64,000 nt of DNA from Pocillopora damicornis (lineage: Eukaryota): assembly GCF_003704095.1 (NCBI RefSeq), contig NW_020845854.1:186001-250000 (forward strand), read 5' to 3'. Under the pieces are notes generated by a model. That model was given only the letters and a program-made list of their open reading frames with translations, was not told the origin of the DNA and did no database searches. Shown here piece after piece: positions 46,131 through 58,600 of this stretch; within the stretch, counting starts at the first letter, position 1, and the number at the start of each line of letters is the position of its first letter. The position numbers and the translations under genes were made by a program.

Positions 46131-49100
46131 ACTCTTCAGTAAATTTTAGCGGCAAACTGTAACGTTGATTCATGCATATCCGTGTACTTAAAGCCTGAAA
46201 AAACTCGTTGTAGATTCTTATTTTAAAAGCTGCCGCTGTCGTGGAACGCAGTATGTTTGTAATTATGATAAAACAGCCGGAGTGACCATAAGAAAAACTA
46301 AAAGAAAATAATTGAGACTTTTTTATTAATGACAAGTCTAGGAGGACGTGGTTTACAAGTGTAATCTCAGTAGCACTAGGTAAAGTTACTTTTGTTCTGT
46401 GTTCAAGCGAAGATCTAAACACACTGATTTTGGCTTTAATTTTGGCCATGCATTAGTCTTAAATGTGTTTCATATAATAGCAGACGTATATTTTACTTAA
46501 GATTGCAGTTGCTTTCTTGGAATCGATTTTAAGCGCACGACCAAGCGACGAAAACATCGACAACATTGATGTTTATTTAGCCGGTCGATTCATGTAAAAT
46601 CTCGTAGGCATATATGTTTCATATCAATATTGCACGGAATGTAAAATAAATGGTTTTTATTTCTCATTTGCATTTGGTCAATTGGTTCACTTTATCTTAT
46701 GCTCACATCATAGGAGTCGCGAATGTTTGACTTTCTTTGCCTTTTATGGCGGATAAGCGAAGGCATGAACTAGCTTTAAGCAAGTAAAGCAGTTATGACA
46801 TCAAATTGTGACATCGGCATCTTCTTTGCCCTTAAATTGCAGATGAGTTTTTCACAGTTACAGGAAGTTTTTCACAATGTAAAGAAGTTCGAGTGAGGCA
46901 TCAAATTTGAGTAAAAGAAAAAAAACGAATACGCATACACAGTAGAATTGTATCTGAGTGGAGTTAATTCTTCAGAGGTGAAACGAGGGAGTGACACAAA
47001 TCACGAACAGAACACTAAACCCGAAACTATCATAACTTGAGAAATACTGAGTTGTCCGACCTTGAAATATTTGAAAATAGCTATTTCTGAGAAAGAGATC
47101 CGTCTTGTTTTTTTATTTCTCATGCTACACATGCTATGTACATACATTTAACAATTCGAGGCCGAAATTAACTTCAATGAGAAAAAGGATAGCATTTTGA
47201 AGTGTTCTTATTCTAAAAAAAGCGCTTCTCACGGTTATTTCAGGAAAATTCTCATTAAAATCATCATCTAGTTTCATCTTTGAAACTCACCTTTCAGATT
47301 TCGAAAAGTGACTGTGATGAATAAGGAGGCAGAGATAAACGATATTTACTTAAAACTAGTCCATTATTTACTTTCACTTCAATCACCTGCACGTTCAAAT
47401 AAATATTACAGCTAAAAGCTATAGAATGGTGTGCTGATCACTGGTCAAGAACTTCTTTTACAAATTGGCCCGCCTTAGAATTCCTTATCTCACCATCTTA
47501 CAGAGGGGCTCCCTATTTCATGTATTTCAATTCAACAGGGACATTATGAATCCATTCAGCTTGGCCTTCGGACCATAGTTTTTTCTGCCTAATGATCAAA
47601 GTACGTCAATTTTATACAAAATTCAAAATGTGATTGCAACAATTATAACTCAGCAGTTGCAGCGTCTTTCTTTTGATTTCGCTCGAACTAAAGCACACAA
47701 TTACGAGCGTTAACAACTAAACTGCACAAAAAGACGATGCGTTTTTAACTAAGCAAATACATGAAGGCTTCAGGATATTACTTTTGACACCTTTTCTAGC
47801 TGCCGGATAAAAAACTTAATACCTCATTTTGAGAACAATTCGTTTTACCCTCTCTGCATTTTCGTCACTTCTTTATTAAAAAAAAACTCCACTTAGCAAG
47901 TCCTATGGCTGTAGCCAGCGAAAACAGATGTTTCATTAACAACTGTGCCCGGCTTGAAGTCACAAAGCCGGGTGCAGTGTCGCGGTAACTAAGCGACAGT
48001 TTAGATGACCAGCTTTCATAAAAAACCTTTTAAAAAGAGAAAACGCTGTCATTCAGTAGTCAGTAATTATCGACTAAAAGGCCTTTCTTCAAAACAACTT
48101 CCAAAATTAGAATTGTAAAACAAGGAATTCAAATGCTTATGTAGATCCCACATCATCGAGAAAGCGCACATGTACGGCCAAAATTTCGAGAGGGTCATAG
48201 GGGGAGTCTTTTACTTGGCTCCTGGTTCTGGCAAGTATCTTGACACACATAAATACTCTTAGTATGGCATACATCCCCCACTATACAAGTATATGCCTTT
48301 TTTTAAATTTTCTCGGTCGTTCAACACCTCACAATCGTCGAAAATGTGAAGCTGAAAGTTTTCGCGAATATCAATAAGACGATTACAGGTGTTTTGATCA
48401 AGGCGGCTACCACCCCCCTCCCCCCCCCCAAAAAAAAAGAAAAAGAAAAAGAAAATAAAAAAAATAAGAAGCCCTCTCCCTCCCCACCCTTTTCTTGTCC
48501 TTTAAATTAACAAGATTTCGTCTGGATCTTGGCGGTATCTCATCGTGATCATGTTGAGGTCTTTACGGAATCTAACTTGCCTCTGAAAGATTGAAGATAC
48601 ATAAAGGCGAAAGAAGGAGGATCGAGCAGGTGTTGGTAGAGGAGAGCGGATGTACCGCTTGGTCGCCATTACGTAGGAAGGTCACTGAAAATTTAAAGAT
48701 AATTAAAAAAAAAACCTTTGAATAGCACTTAAAAATAGAGTAGGTCGCATTCTCCAAAAAAAATAAGAATATTCCAGAGTGGAATATTTTGTGACGGATC
48801 TCTCTGATCTTAGTGAAAAACTAAAAAAAATTCAATTCAAGCGCACGCCTTGACGTATTGTTCCGTTGAGAAATGCTTTGTTAGCCTGTTATCATTTGAG
48901 TTATTTTTGCTGATGCGAAAGCACTTAATCGCAAGAAGCTTTGTGAAAGTCACGACCATGACATATGTATTTGTGCTGCTGACGTTTTATGATAAACCTT
49001 TATCAAGGGATCTCATTAAAAATGTACCCTTGGTCAGTAAAACTTTAAGGATTGATGCAAAATTAAATATGCTTGTAAGGACTATCAAACAGAGATATCG

Positions 49101-50743
49101 AGTCTTTAAAAGCTATTGTGTTTAAGTAACCCACTGAGTTGAAATTATTGTGGACTGTACGAGCTTTTACTAAGCCAATAACGAATGCTAATGGAAAGAA
49201 AGTTATGCTACATATTTCAGACCCTATGTCATTTAAGTTTAGGGTTGTTAACCAATCAATCAATTGTACTTGGAATATTAAAGTACCTCATGCATGACAT
49301 TGAACAATTAGCATTTATAAGTACAGATATTGCAGCTCTTCTGTGCTGTGGTTTTATCACGCCGATTTGTCGCGTGTTTTTTGCGAAGGAAAGTGGACTC
49401 GGTGAAATCTCTGTACTGAATTGTGCCCTTAACGAACTCAGGATTGAATTTCCTTTGAAGTTCAGCTGAAGCGTTCACAGGCAGGTAAGGACTGAAGCGT
49501 TTAAAGCAATCATAATAGCGGCGATCGAGGCGCTTGTGTACGATAAATATAACGAAGCGAACCGTAAATTTCGAAAAAAAATTTGAAATTTTATATCATG
49601 ACGGTGTGGGCTGAGGTCAACTTTTTGTTGTACTAAATATTTTACTGAAAGATTTAAAAGCCTTTAGTCAAATATAATAAAGACATAGAAGTGTTTATAA
49701 TGTCGAGTAAAACCCTTTCTCGAGCGTCTGTTGTAAACAAGACGCAACTTTTATACATGTCGGTCAATAATTTCACTTGAGCGCGTACAATAGGTTTGCC
49801 TCAACTCCTATCGAAATTTCAAGTAGATGTCCCCTGAGCTTCCGTCAGTAGCTTACACAGAAAAAGCACTAATACTTTGGCTAGTGTCAGAGTGTCAGCT
49901 GGCAAGAAAATTCATTCTTATAGCATGCGGATCTAACAAACATTAAAACATCAGTTTATCTGGGTGATGAATATTTATTACATGCGTATACGTAGACATG
50001 TAACTACTAAAAGTTGTACATCAAACAGAGACAGTGAAGTTATCTTTAACGTTGTGAATGAAGACTTCAGGTATCAAACTTACCATTCATGACACTTAAA
50101 GTCCTAATAATGTGATACTTAACTTTTTACATTTGCAAGATTCAAACTACTAATCGATCTGGAAATTCTAGCAAAGTTAAGTCGAGTTAAAAAGAAATTT
50201 GTTTCCCACGTGATCTTCAACAGGCCTGCCACCAAAAAAGATTGGAAGAAGGGTCTTGAAATAACTTGTGTTATCAAATAGGCCATTCTGAAATAATATA
50301 AGTTGTAGGATTCTCTTTTAGGACTACAGCGACCGGCAGCAGTAAACAGCTTGAATAACCGGCCCCTAAAAATTTACATAGCAATGGAAAATCTTATTAA
50401 ACACATTCTTAGTTTCCTTTTCATACGCTAACAGATAAGTTTGGTGACTCTTGGTTGGGATAATAATCAGCTTGTAAAAAATCACTTTTCGAAATTCTCC
50501 TTAATCTTCCCTGGACTTAAGTGGCTCAAAAATTTAAGGTGGTTTTATCCATTTGTCAGAAATTTTATGACGTTAACAATTAGCGGTTTATGGAAAGAAT
50601 TAAGCTGAAAGAATTAATAAGAATACACGGGCAGTGGGACAATTTTCTTCCAAGCGTAAAAACATCGCCTACTGATCAATTAAGTCATGTAGTAAACTGT
50701 ACCTGCATGAAAGGAGATGTTCCTTTTTTTTTCAGCTATCAAG

Positions 50744-53328
50744 ATGAGTAGTTATCCAAATAGCCGCAGACCTATGATCAATAGCGCCTACATTTGTTCC
50801 ATACGAGGATTTCTTAAGATCTTAGAGAGCGTAAGTTAACCTTTTTACACCCTAATATCAGTATGCATATTCTCCATACTGTTCTCTATACATTTTCTTA
50901 GATGCTAACAAGGAGAATTTGTTCGACAATCAAGAGCTTTTTTTTTTAGTTAATAATCATTTCCCATATTCTCATGACTATAGTCTTTGATTCAGGGGTG
51001 GCATTGTGAGGAGAAAATTGATGCTAGTCACTCCTAGGGTTTAAGGTTAATTCCAATGCACCGAATAATAACTAAAGAAGGGCAAGTGTATTCGTTGGTG
51101 TCCGCATTTGTTTACTCGAGGTCACTATCCTATCCACGTCTTTATCCGCAGTTCACATATATGATTTTCATATATTTACAGTTATTTATTCATCAATTCA
51201 CGGGTTCAATTTATTTAGAACTGACATAACGATAAGCTCCCGGTTGACTTGTTAGCCCAGTCAGAAGAACACTGCAACAGTATCGCAGAGGTCATGGGTT
51301 CAAATCCCGCGCTTAAATGAATTTTTTTCAGGCCTTATTTTAACAGCTGCATGCTCAAGTAGTGTTCATTATTGCCAAGATCGCTTTCATATTCACGACT
51401 TTATCCGCAGTTCACACATATAATTTCCCCATATTCACAGTTAATTTCAAAACTGGTTGAAACATTTAACAATGAAAGCATCCATTAGTTGGGCTTACAG
51501 AGAGCGCTTACTGTGCTTGCCATCTCTTTCTAGATTTTGCTGTTGGCCTCCTTCATATTCGGTCAGCTTTATGAATCATTTTACAGTCCCCCTCACCTAC
51601 CCTACTTCTTCGTGGCTGTATTTGTGGGAATGATACTTCTCCTTCTGCTGTATACCTTCTTTCTGTTCTCGTTGGAGAAGCGGTTTGAGACCTTCAACTG
51701 GTATCTTATGGTGAGTACATAAAATCAAGAGGAAAGAAACCTTGAACCCAAAATATCCGATTGAAACTGTCAGTTTTGCAAAAGTCATCTATGCATCCGG
51801 CTGGGCTGTGTACCTCAAGCATATCCCTCTGGGCCCAGTTGCATAAAGAGCGGATAATGCTATCCGGCGGATAAATCGCTATCTGGCGGATAAGTGATGG
51901 CAAAACCTATAGAGTTATCCACCGGATAGAGTTTTATCCAGTGGATGACGTTATCCAACCTTCAAACAACCGATCCCTGGTAGTTTATGTCATTACTGCT
52001 CACATAGAGGAAGAGGAGGGCAGGCGTGGGTTGGTCGAGAAGTAATTTCGGACCCCACCCCCTAAAAACAAAAACTCTTATATCCGCCCCTGTAGTGAGA
52101 GAAAATCGCCTGTCATTAATGTCGGTCAGCAATTGGTTGATGAGGCCAGCTCCATCAAATTTCCTCAAATTAGGCCTGCGCACCAATATCTTTACTACCT
52201 TTATTTCAGCGTCGGTCAAACAAACGCATGCGCATGCCGTCAACACCTTGACACCGACGTATGAGGTGGGTGTAAAAATCGGGGAGAGTGATACTGGAGA
52301 AGACAGATGTCCACGCTTTTGATGTAACTCTCTTTGCGCGAAGTTATTATTAGAATTAGAATATAATAAAAACTCAAAGGTTTTTTTCATTGAGATTTGT
52401 TTCCTATTCGTCACATTACAGGACGTAATCTTTTGTGGCTTTTTAGCCGTGATGCTCACAGCAAGTGCTGGACTCCTGGCTAAAGAGGCAGACTTCAGGG
52501 AGAGACACGGAAATGATTTTTCTGGTTGGCTCTACGATCGTCTCGTGGCTGCAGTGGTAAGTTAATTTTCGAATCAGTAAGTCTCTGTAGCCTATTTTTG
52601 TTGCGCTAATTTTTGTTCAGATGCTAAAGGTGCTGCACTAAGGGGCTTTCCGCCTTGGTTGACCGATTACAACTGACTTTCTCTACTTGAGTGCTGCCGT
52701 CAATGACATCACGTCAGAACCAGGGCTACAAATTCAAATATAGATTTCAATGGCTTAGTCTTTTTTTAAGACCCTTGCCACTTTGTTCGATCACATCTTC
52801 CAGACCTTTTGCCCTTTCTGTGCAAACTTTGGTTAAAAGACATCAGGACGATATAAAGTTGGGACCAGAGAAGGAAGTGATGAGTCTTTTCCCATCGTCT
52901 CGGCAGGCGGCGCTTTACTTTCAATATATTGTCAACTTTCCCTTCACGCTCGAAAGATCGTTAGAAAAAAGAAACACGCCGTAAAAGGGCCTTTGAACAT
53001 GAAGCATCGGATCAATCTCAGTATCTAAACGACTGCGCACCTACCCCTCCCCTAACCCAACAAACATTCAACTGATAACAAACAAGTTGACAAGTTGAGT
53101 ATGGTTACTGTTGGGTCTGGGGGGCAGTAGCTGTACAGATGTTTAGATGCTGACATTGATCCGAAGCATCAATGCCAGTGCTCCATAAGTATTTATTCAG
53201 TAGATATCACATATTCATATTTATTTTATCATCAGGTTCTGGCGTTTGTTGTCGTGCTGTTACTCATCATCGATATCATCGTCAGTTTGTTTCAGTATCG
53301 CCGCTTAAGACAAATGGGACAACGCTAG
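50744..53328 (+). CDS. MARVEL-domain four-TM protein B, about 163 aa
   Basis: Exons 50744-50830, 51534-51710, 52422-52556, 53236-53328, all phase 0. YICSIRGFLKILES|ILLLASFIFG…YFFVAVFVG…FNWYLM|DVIFCGFLAVMLTASAGLLA…LVAAV|VLAFVVVLLLIIDII. A possible non-coding first exon ends near 49484 (CAG|GTAAGG). Confidence 0.85.
50836..51050. mobile_element. piggyBac-type MITE copy abutting a splice donor of MARVEL gene B
   Basis: GTAAG-TTAA-CCTTTTTACACCC…GGGTTTAAGG-TTAA; closely similar to the copy at 4080-4279. Confidence 0.7.
51136..51442 (+). repeat. tRNA-like repeat unit flanked by about 48-bp direct repeats
   Basis: CACG(T/A)CTTTATCCGCAGTTCACA.ATAT.ATTT at 51136 and 51394; between them a degenerate A box (TAGCCCAGTCAG) and B box (GGTTCAAATCC) at about 51246-51312. 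Confidence 0.55.
51829..51979. mobile_element. Palindromic MITE with internal ATCC…GGAT repeats
   Basis: GGGCCCAGTTG…TATCCGGCGGATA…TATCCACCGGATA…TATCCAGTGGAT…CAAACAACCGATCCC; similar copy at about 63160-63300, and related termini at 18455-18694. Confidence 0.6.
53009..53162. mobile_element. Palindromic MITE with GG termini and 8-bp TSD (Merlin/IS1016-type signature)
   Basis: TIRs GGATCAAT(C/G)TCAG(T/C)ATCTAAAC… at both ends; exact flanking duplication GAAGCATC at 53001-53008 and 53163-53170. Confidence 0.8.
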
Positions 53329-54496
53329 GGACTAATCGGTGAATACGACTCCACGATGATCTCTTTCATTGAGTAACCAATGACGTTGTCACGCGGGTTT
53401 TGTAGTTAGGTTTAAGTCATGGAGCGTCGCCTTGAAAGAGTTACGTGACAGCCCAAAAGCTGACTCCGAGGAGTACGTCGGCCCTTTGTGTTTGAATGTG
53501 CTTCATCAGGTTTTTTGTGCTTTTATAATTATCTTTGTACATAAAAAAGTTAGTTGATACATTGTGTTTGAACAGTTCTTTATATATGTAGAATAACACT
53601 ACTACTACCTTACGTGTAGCCGTACCTTCCCCCTCCCCCCCAAATAGAAACGGACTTCCATTACTCCTTGAGGGAGAGGGTAGGGTTACTCGTAGACTAT
53701 AATACTATTTGCACCGCGCTTGACAAGGCCCCCTTCCCCTGTTTGTCACAATACTGTTTTGGGGGAAAAGGGAGCAAACTGAGGTTACCTTAGGTGGGAG
53801 AAGAGAGATAAAATTAAGTAACAGGGGCTGTGGACGTCAATGTGTCAACAACTGCGTCGCTAATTGTATGTTCAAAACCTAATATGTGACACAGCAGACT
53901 TTTCATTGAATGCTGCTAACTTGGAATGTAATTTTTCTTAAATTTAAAAGAAAACGTAGCAATGCACATGCAGAATAAAAGCACCTTTTCTGCTTGTAAT
54001 GAAGTTCACATATTTTTATTGAAGCGTTATTGATTTTTTTTTATTTCTGAGAACCAGGCTTGCTAAAATACTCGACATTTCAGCTCAGGCCAGCATAACG
54101 AAGCACTCATCTCCTCCCAAGTCTCTGCCCCCTGCAAAGACCTTTTTGGCCGGGAGACTGAGAGTCAAATTTCGCCATAATGACGAGAAATGAGAGTAAA
54201 AGTCTATCGCAGTTTTCAGAGCCACCCCACTCCTCTGGAACTAGACTACTAGACTCCAAATACAGACTTGATGATAGCCACGTCTGTCGACTTTGTTGAT
54301 AGCTAGCATGACAAAGCTTACTCCTGCATTGACATTAGTTTATGTCTCGAAACTATATCCAGTGTACTCCCGTTGTAGAAATACAATTCAGAGACTAACA
54401 ACAAGGTTTTCAGACCAGTCTCAACTTCTTCGATCAAGCTCGCGGACCCACTTTATATTGTTCGATCGCCCTGTCGCTAGGGAGTCTCGTAATAGC

Positions 54497-56048
54497 AACA
54501 GCATGTATGAGTGCATGAAGACCTTAAGGCAAGTTATTCTTGAAAAAGAAAATAGTCATCTACTATACATACAGAATTTATACAATTATATCACTGAAAT
54601 GAGATTAACCTGTGCCTGTGTTATTTATTGTATTTTCTAATAAAAATTGCCAGTTTGGCCAGTTTGGAGGCATTAGTTAAGGGGTGAGGCAAAGTGGTCC
54701 TACGGGAGGGTCTTTAACCTGGATTCAATTGAGAACCTCCTGCCTTTCTCTTCCTTTTCTACATTAACGTCAGGAAACCTGGGTTGTAAAAATTTGGGTA
54801 TGTTTATACAGTTAAACAGCTTAATTCTAAGCTGACTTTTTGGAAAATAGCTTTCCTCCGATAGCCGTGGTGAGTGATGCCATTTCGTTCCGATTATGGC
54901 AGCACTGATTGGGTAGAAGTACGCCCGAGGAGCATTAGTAACGAGTTTCCGAGTCAGGTGATTATCGGAAATCGTCGGCACTGTGGCGGACTATTCCAGT
55001 AACACCAATTGAAATTTACCAATAGTCAAGCGACGTTTACTTTTTTTCACCTTTTCTGTATTTTAAGTTAGTCTTACACTCCTTTGAATCACTTTTTTCA
55101 AGAATAAGTATACATTTATTCATTTTTATTTGGTCTTGTACCTGCGGGTAGGATCTGAAGGGACATATAAAATACTACCAGCTAGAGGTACCTGAACTTG
55201 CACAGTTTGCTTTGAATTTAACTTTCTGGCCTTCCATTTGGTCTTATACTACATTAGAATCACTTTTTTCATGAATATCTTCTTGGTTCTTGGTCGTGTC
55301 CTTGTAGCTGGTAGGATATTTGGTAGCTCAGGAAATACAACAGGCTAGAGGTACTTCATGCATTTAAGGTGAATTTAGCTCGTTTCATTTACTTCTTGAT
55401 TTATGGAAAAATTTCTACATTCCATGTAAGTCTTATACTGTTGAGGAGTCACTCCGTAGGTATATTTTCATGCTTTGCAGTCATGTTCATCTGGCTAGTA
55501 GGAGCTTGGATTGCTCAGAAAACACTACCAGCCAGAGGGGGCAGCTTATATATGTGAAGTAAGCTTGAAATCTTTATCATTGTTAAGTTTTAAATGAATT
55601 TCAAGTTAATAAATTTTAAACTAGCCTGATTTTTATTTTCTTCAGTTGTGGATTTATTCCAATATAAATAATCAGTTTTAGATTAATTTGACTCGAAATT
55701 TATTTTAGACTTGAACATGTCAACTAGGTTTACAGAAGTTTGTCATGATGATATTTTTGTTTGATTTGAAGTACTGTTGACAAGGCCAACCATTGTCTGA
55801 AATGCTAAAATCAATTCATCTTTAGGTAGTCGTAGGATAACATGATTTTCATTCACCATATTGGCCTTTTTCCTTTGTATTTTCAATGATATTTAACAGC
55901 ATGTATGAGTGCATGAAGACCTTAAGGCAAGTTATTCTTGAAAAAGAAAATAGTCATCTACTATACATACAGAATTTATACAATTATATAACTGAAATGA
56001 GATTAACCTGTGCCTGTGTTATTTATTGTATTTTCTGATAAAAATTGC
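54497..56048. repeat. Pair of 154-bp direct repeats (54497-54650 and 55895-56048) enclosing 1.24 kb
   Basis: Identical except for two substitutions seen by eye; offset 1398 bp. Confidence 0.92.
55070..55560. repeat. Three degenerate tandem units (about 170-190 bp spacing)
   Basis: Recurring GTCTTA(C/T)ACT…GA(A/G)TCACT…GTAGGA…AAA(T/C)AC(T/A)AC(C/A)(A/G)GC(T/C)AGAGG blocks starting near 55070, 55240 and 55428. Confidence 0.65.
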
Positions 56049-58070
56049 TATTATTAAAAAGAAATCAAACCTTTCTTATTTGAACACCAACCAGAAACCC
56101 CTTGCTTATTGCCTAATAACGCCTGCTTTAGTTTCAGCAGATTCCCCATAAAGAGTCATTTAATGCTCAAATCTTGTGTGCTGTGCTATCAAATAAGCAG
56201 TGATAGGTGCATGACCAAGGAACAAGAAGATATTCTTGAAAAAAATGATTCCAATGTAGTATAGGACTAAAATGGAATGCAAAGAAGTAAAATGCAAAGC
56301 ACACTGTAATAAAAATTGGNNNNNNNNNNNNNNNNNNNNNNNNNNNNNNNNNNNNNNNNNNNNNNNNNNNNNNNNNNNNNNNNNNNNNNNNNNNNNNNNN
56401 NNNNNNNNNNNNNNNNNNNCGAGTATCTAGCATCTATGTAATTTCTCCCTACAGTGTCAACCCTAAATCAAACATTAAAGTAACGAGAGTAAAGGGAATC
56501 ATCACCAACAAAAGAAGCTCTTGGTACGTTGTTAAACATGCAGATTCCCCCAGTCTGCACTTTAGGAAATGAATAGAGAACAGTATGTAAAATATGGGCT
56601 AAAAAAGAAAAGGAAGGGGAAAACGTCAAGCGCTTAATCACAATTACCATTAGAGGGCAAGACAAATAGAAAAATGAAGGAATTGCTAAATAAAATAACA
56701 CGCCACAGAAGGCATGAGAATCATGCTGAAAGACTGAGGAAAGGGGGGAAGAAAAAAAAAACGGCTAATAAATATGTAATTTAGTCGTTCATATATTAAT
56801 CGAGAGGTTCCTACTCCTTTGCTTTGCCTGATTGTGATTTTCCTTATCTCTTTGGCATAGAGTTTATCCACCTTGGTAAACGATGTCGACTATTATTTTT
56901 TTTGAAGATTTAACACTTAGGTAGTTCCTTCATCAGACAACTTCGAACTAAGGTTGGGAGCTTAACTATTAATGAAACACAGAGTTTTCGACGACCAGAC
57001 GGTAGCAAGGAATGGAAAAACTTTCACTGCTTCATAGAAAATAAAGCTGTTGCCGTCTCTATATCTAAGCCGGAGAATCTATCACCAGTTTTGATTCAAC
57101 ACGAACAATTATGTGAAAATACTCTGTTACAGCGCGAGGATCAGAGTTGATGTAAACTCCCCACGTAATAACACCGGGTTATGCAAGATACTCTGTTATT
57201 TGTTTGTTTTGTCACAGGCAGTCTAGGCACACCAGATTTTGTTTTCGTGAAGCAACAGTAGAAATTTTTATGAAGCAAAGGTTTGCCTTCCGAAAGCAAA
57301 CTTGTGTCCAGAATTCAACGTCAAAAAGATGGCTAACATAAAAACGAAGTGATGGATTTAACATAAAATGATATGGTAACGCATTCTTTATCCGAGTTAT
57401 ACAAACTACATAATGAGTCTAGTTAGATCTTGCATGATCATTCAGATTCGCTTAAAACTGCGTGACATGTCTCTATTCACGGGCGTTGAAAGAAACCGGC
57501 ATCAGACCTCTGCGAAATGCGCCCCGCTTTTTCCTCTTAACTCAAAANNNNNNNNNNNNNNNNNNNNNNNNNNNNNNNNNNNNNNNNNNNNNNNNNNNNN
57601 NNNNNNNNNNNNNNNNNNNNNNNNNNNNNNNNNNNNNNNNNNNNNNNTTGCGTGACACTCCCTTGTCAATTGCATTGAAGCTTTCAAGGTAAACGTTGTT
57701 AGCTCTGTTTTAGCGACCGCTTTTGTCACCACAACCCATAACAACAAGTCCCGTCTAACTCAAATCATTTCTTCTCATCAGTCGGAAATCAAACCAAAAG
57801 ATACAAAGAAAGCGAAGAAATCTATAGGTAAGAGTTATAGATGATGTTGCACATCGCAATACAGCGAGGTATTTACACGCCATCGTCTGTTACCAAATGT
57901 CGCTACACGAATTGAACAACTTTTCCCCATCAGCCGCTTTAATATTCAATATTCAATTTATGGTTGTTTTATTTTTGGTCTCAATCATTTCTGTACCTTT
58001 AACTGGTAAATTGACAAGCTTGCATTGAAATCAGAAAAGTTTTGCGCACTCAATTGCCGGGTAGCGCTAA

Positions 58071-58600
58071 CTAGTTGATGGTTGATAGTTGAAAGTTGAT
58101 CGTTAATAGGAATAACTAACTCGCAGCCAAAGGCTAGATTGAATAATTTTTTACAATATAAATATAGTACAATTAAAACTAGGGATATTTACAATGGGGT
58201 TTCTTAATAACTAAAGTGCTCTGTACAAATTACTGGCTACGAGCATTGCAGTTTACTAAACAATTCTATTTACTCGTTGGCACATAGCCGGGATGAATGA
58301 GTTTTTAAAACGGTTGGTGTCAAATCGCGGCAGATTGAAAGTTCTTTTGCTTCTCAAGCTATATGAGCCTTGATGACGTGGGGGGAACAGGTGGGCGAGA
58401 CTGTGATCGTACGAATTGGTGATGCCACCGAATAGCTTAGAGCAGTGATCGCGCAGAGTACAGAGTCCATAGCCATCTAGGGATTGTTTATTCGATTGAT
58501 AAGGCGCGATTATTGACATGGCTCTTTTACTGACACGCTCGAGGTCTTCACTAAGATATTCAGGAAGGCTATGGTGGAAAATAGGCGTACAGCATTCTAA
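58071..58600 (-). mobile_element. 5'-truncated non-LTR retrotransposon (CR1/L2-group-like) 3' end
   Basis: The minus strand reads LECCTPIFHHSLPEYLSEDLERVSKRAMSII…LPRFDTNRFKNSFIP, typical of the post-RT C-terminus of CR1/L2-group ORF2, followed by an AT-rich 3' UTR and a short (TATCAAC)-like repeat tail at about 58073-58101. Confidence 0.8.

Noticed and set aside
51246-51312. Functional tRNA gene
   Set aside because: The A box and stems are degenerate and the sequence is embedded in a repeat unit; treated as a tRNA-derived repeat.
51962-52459. 165-aa minus-strand ORF
   Set aside because: Antisense to MARVEL B intron and exon sequence, non-ATG start, no domain signal.
55070-55560. CRISPR-like array
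   Set aside because: Units are long, degenerate along their whole length and lack unique spacers; eukaryotic context with no cas genes.
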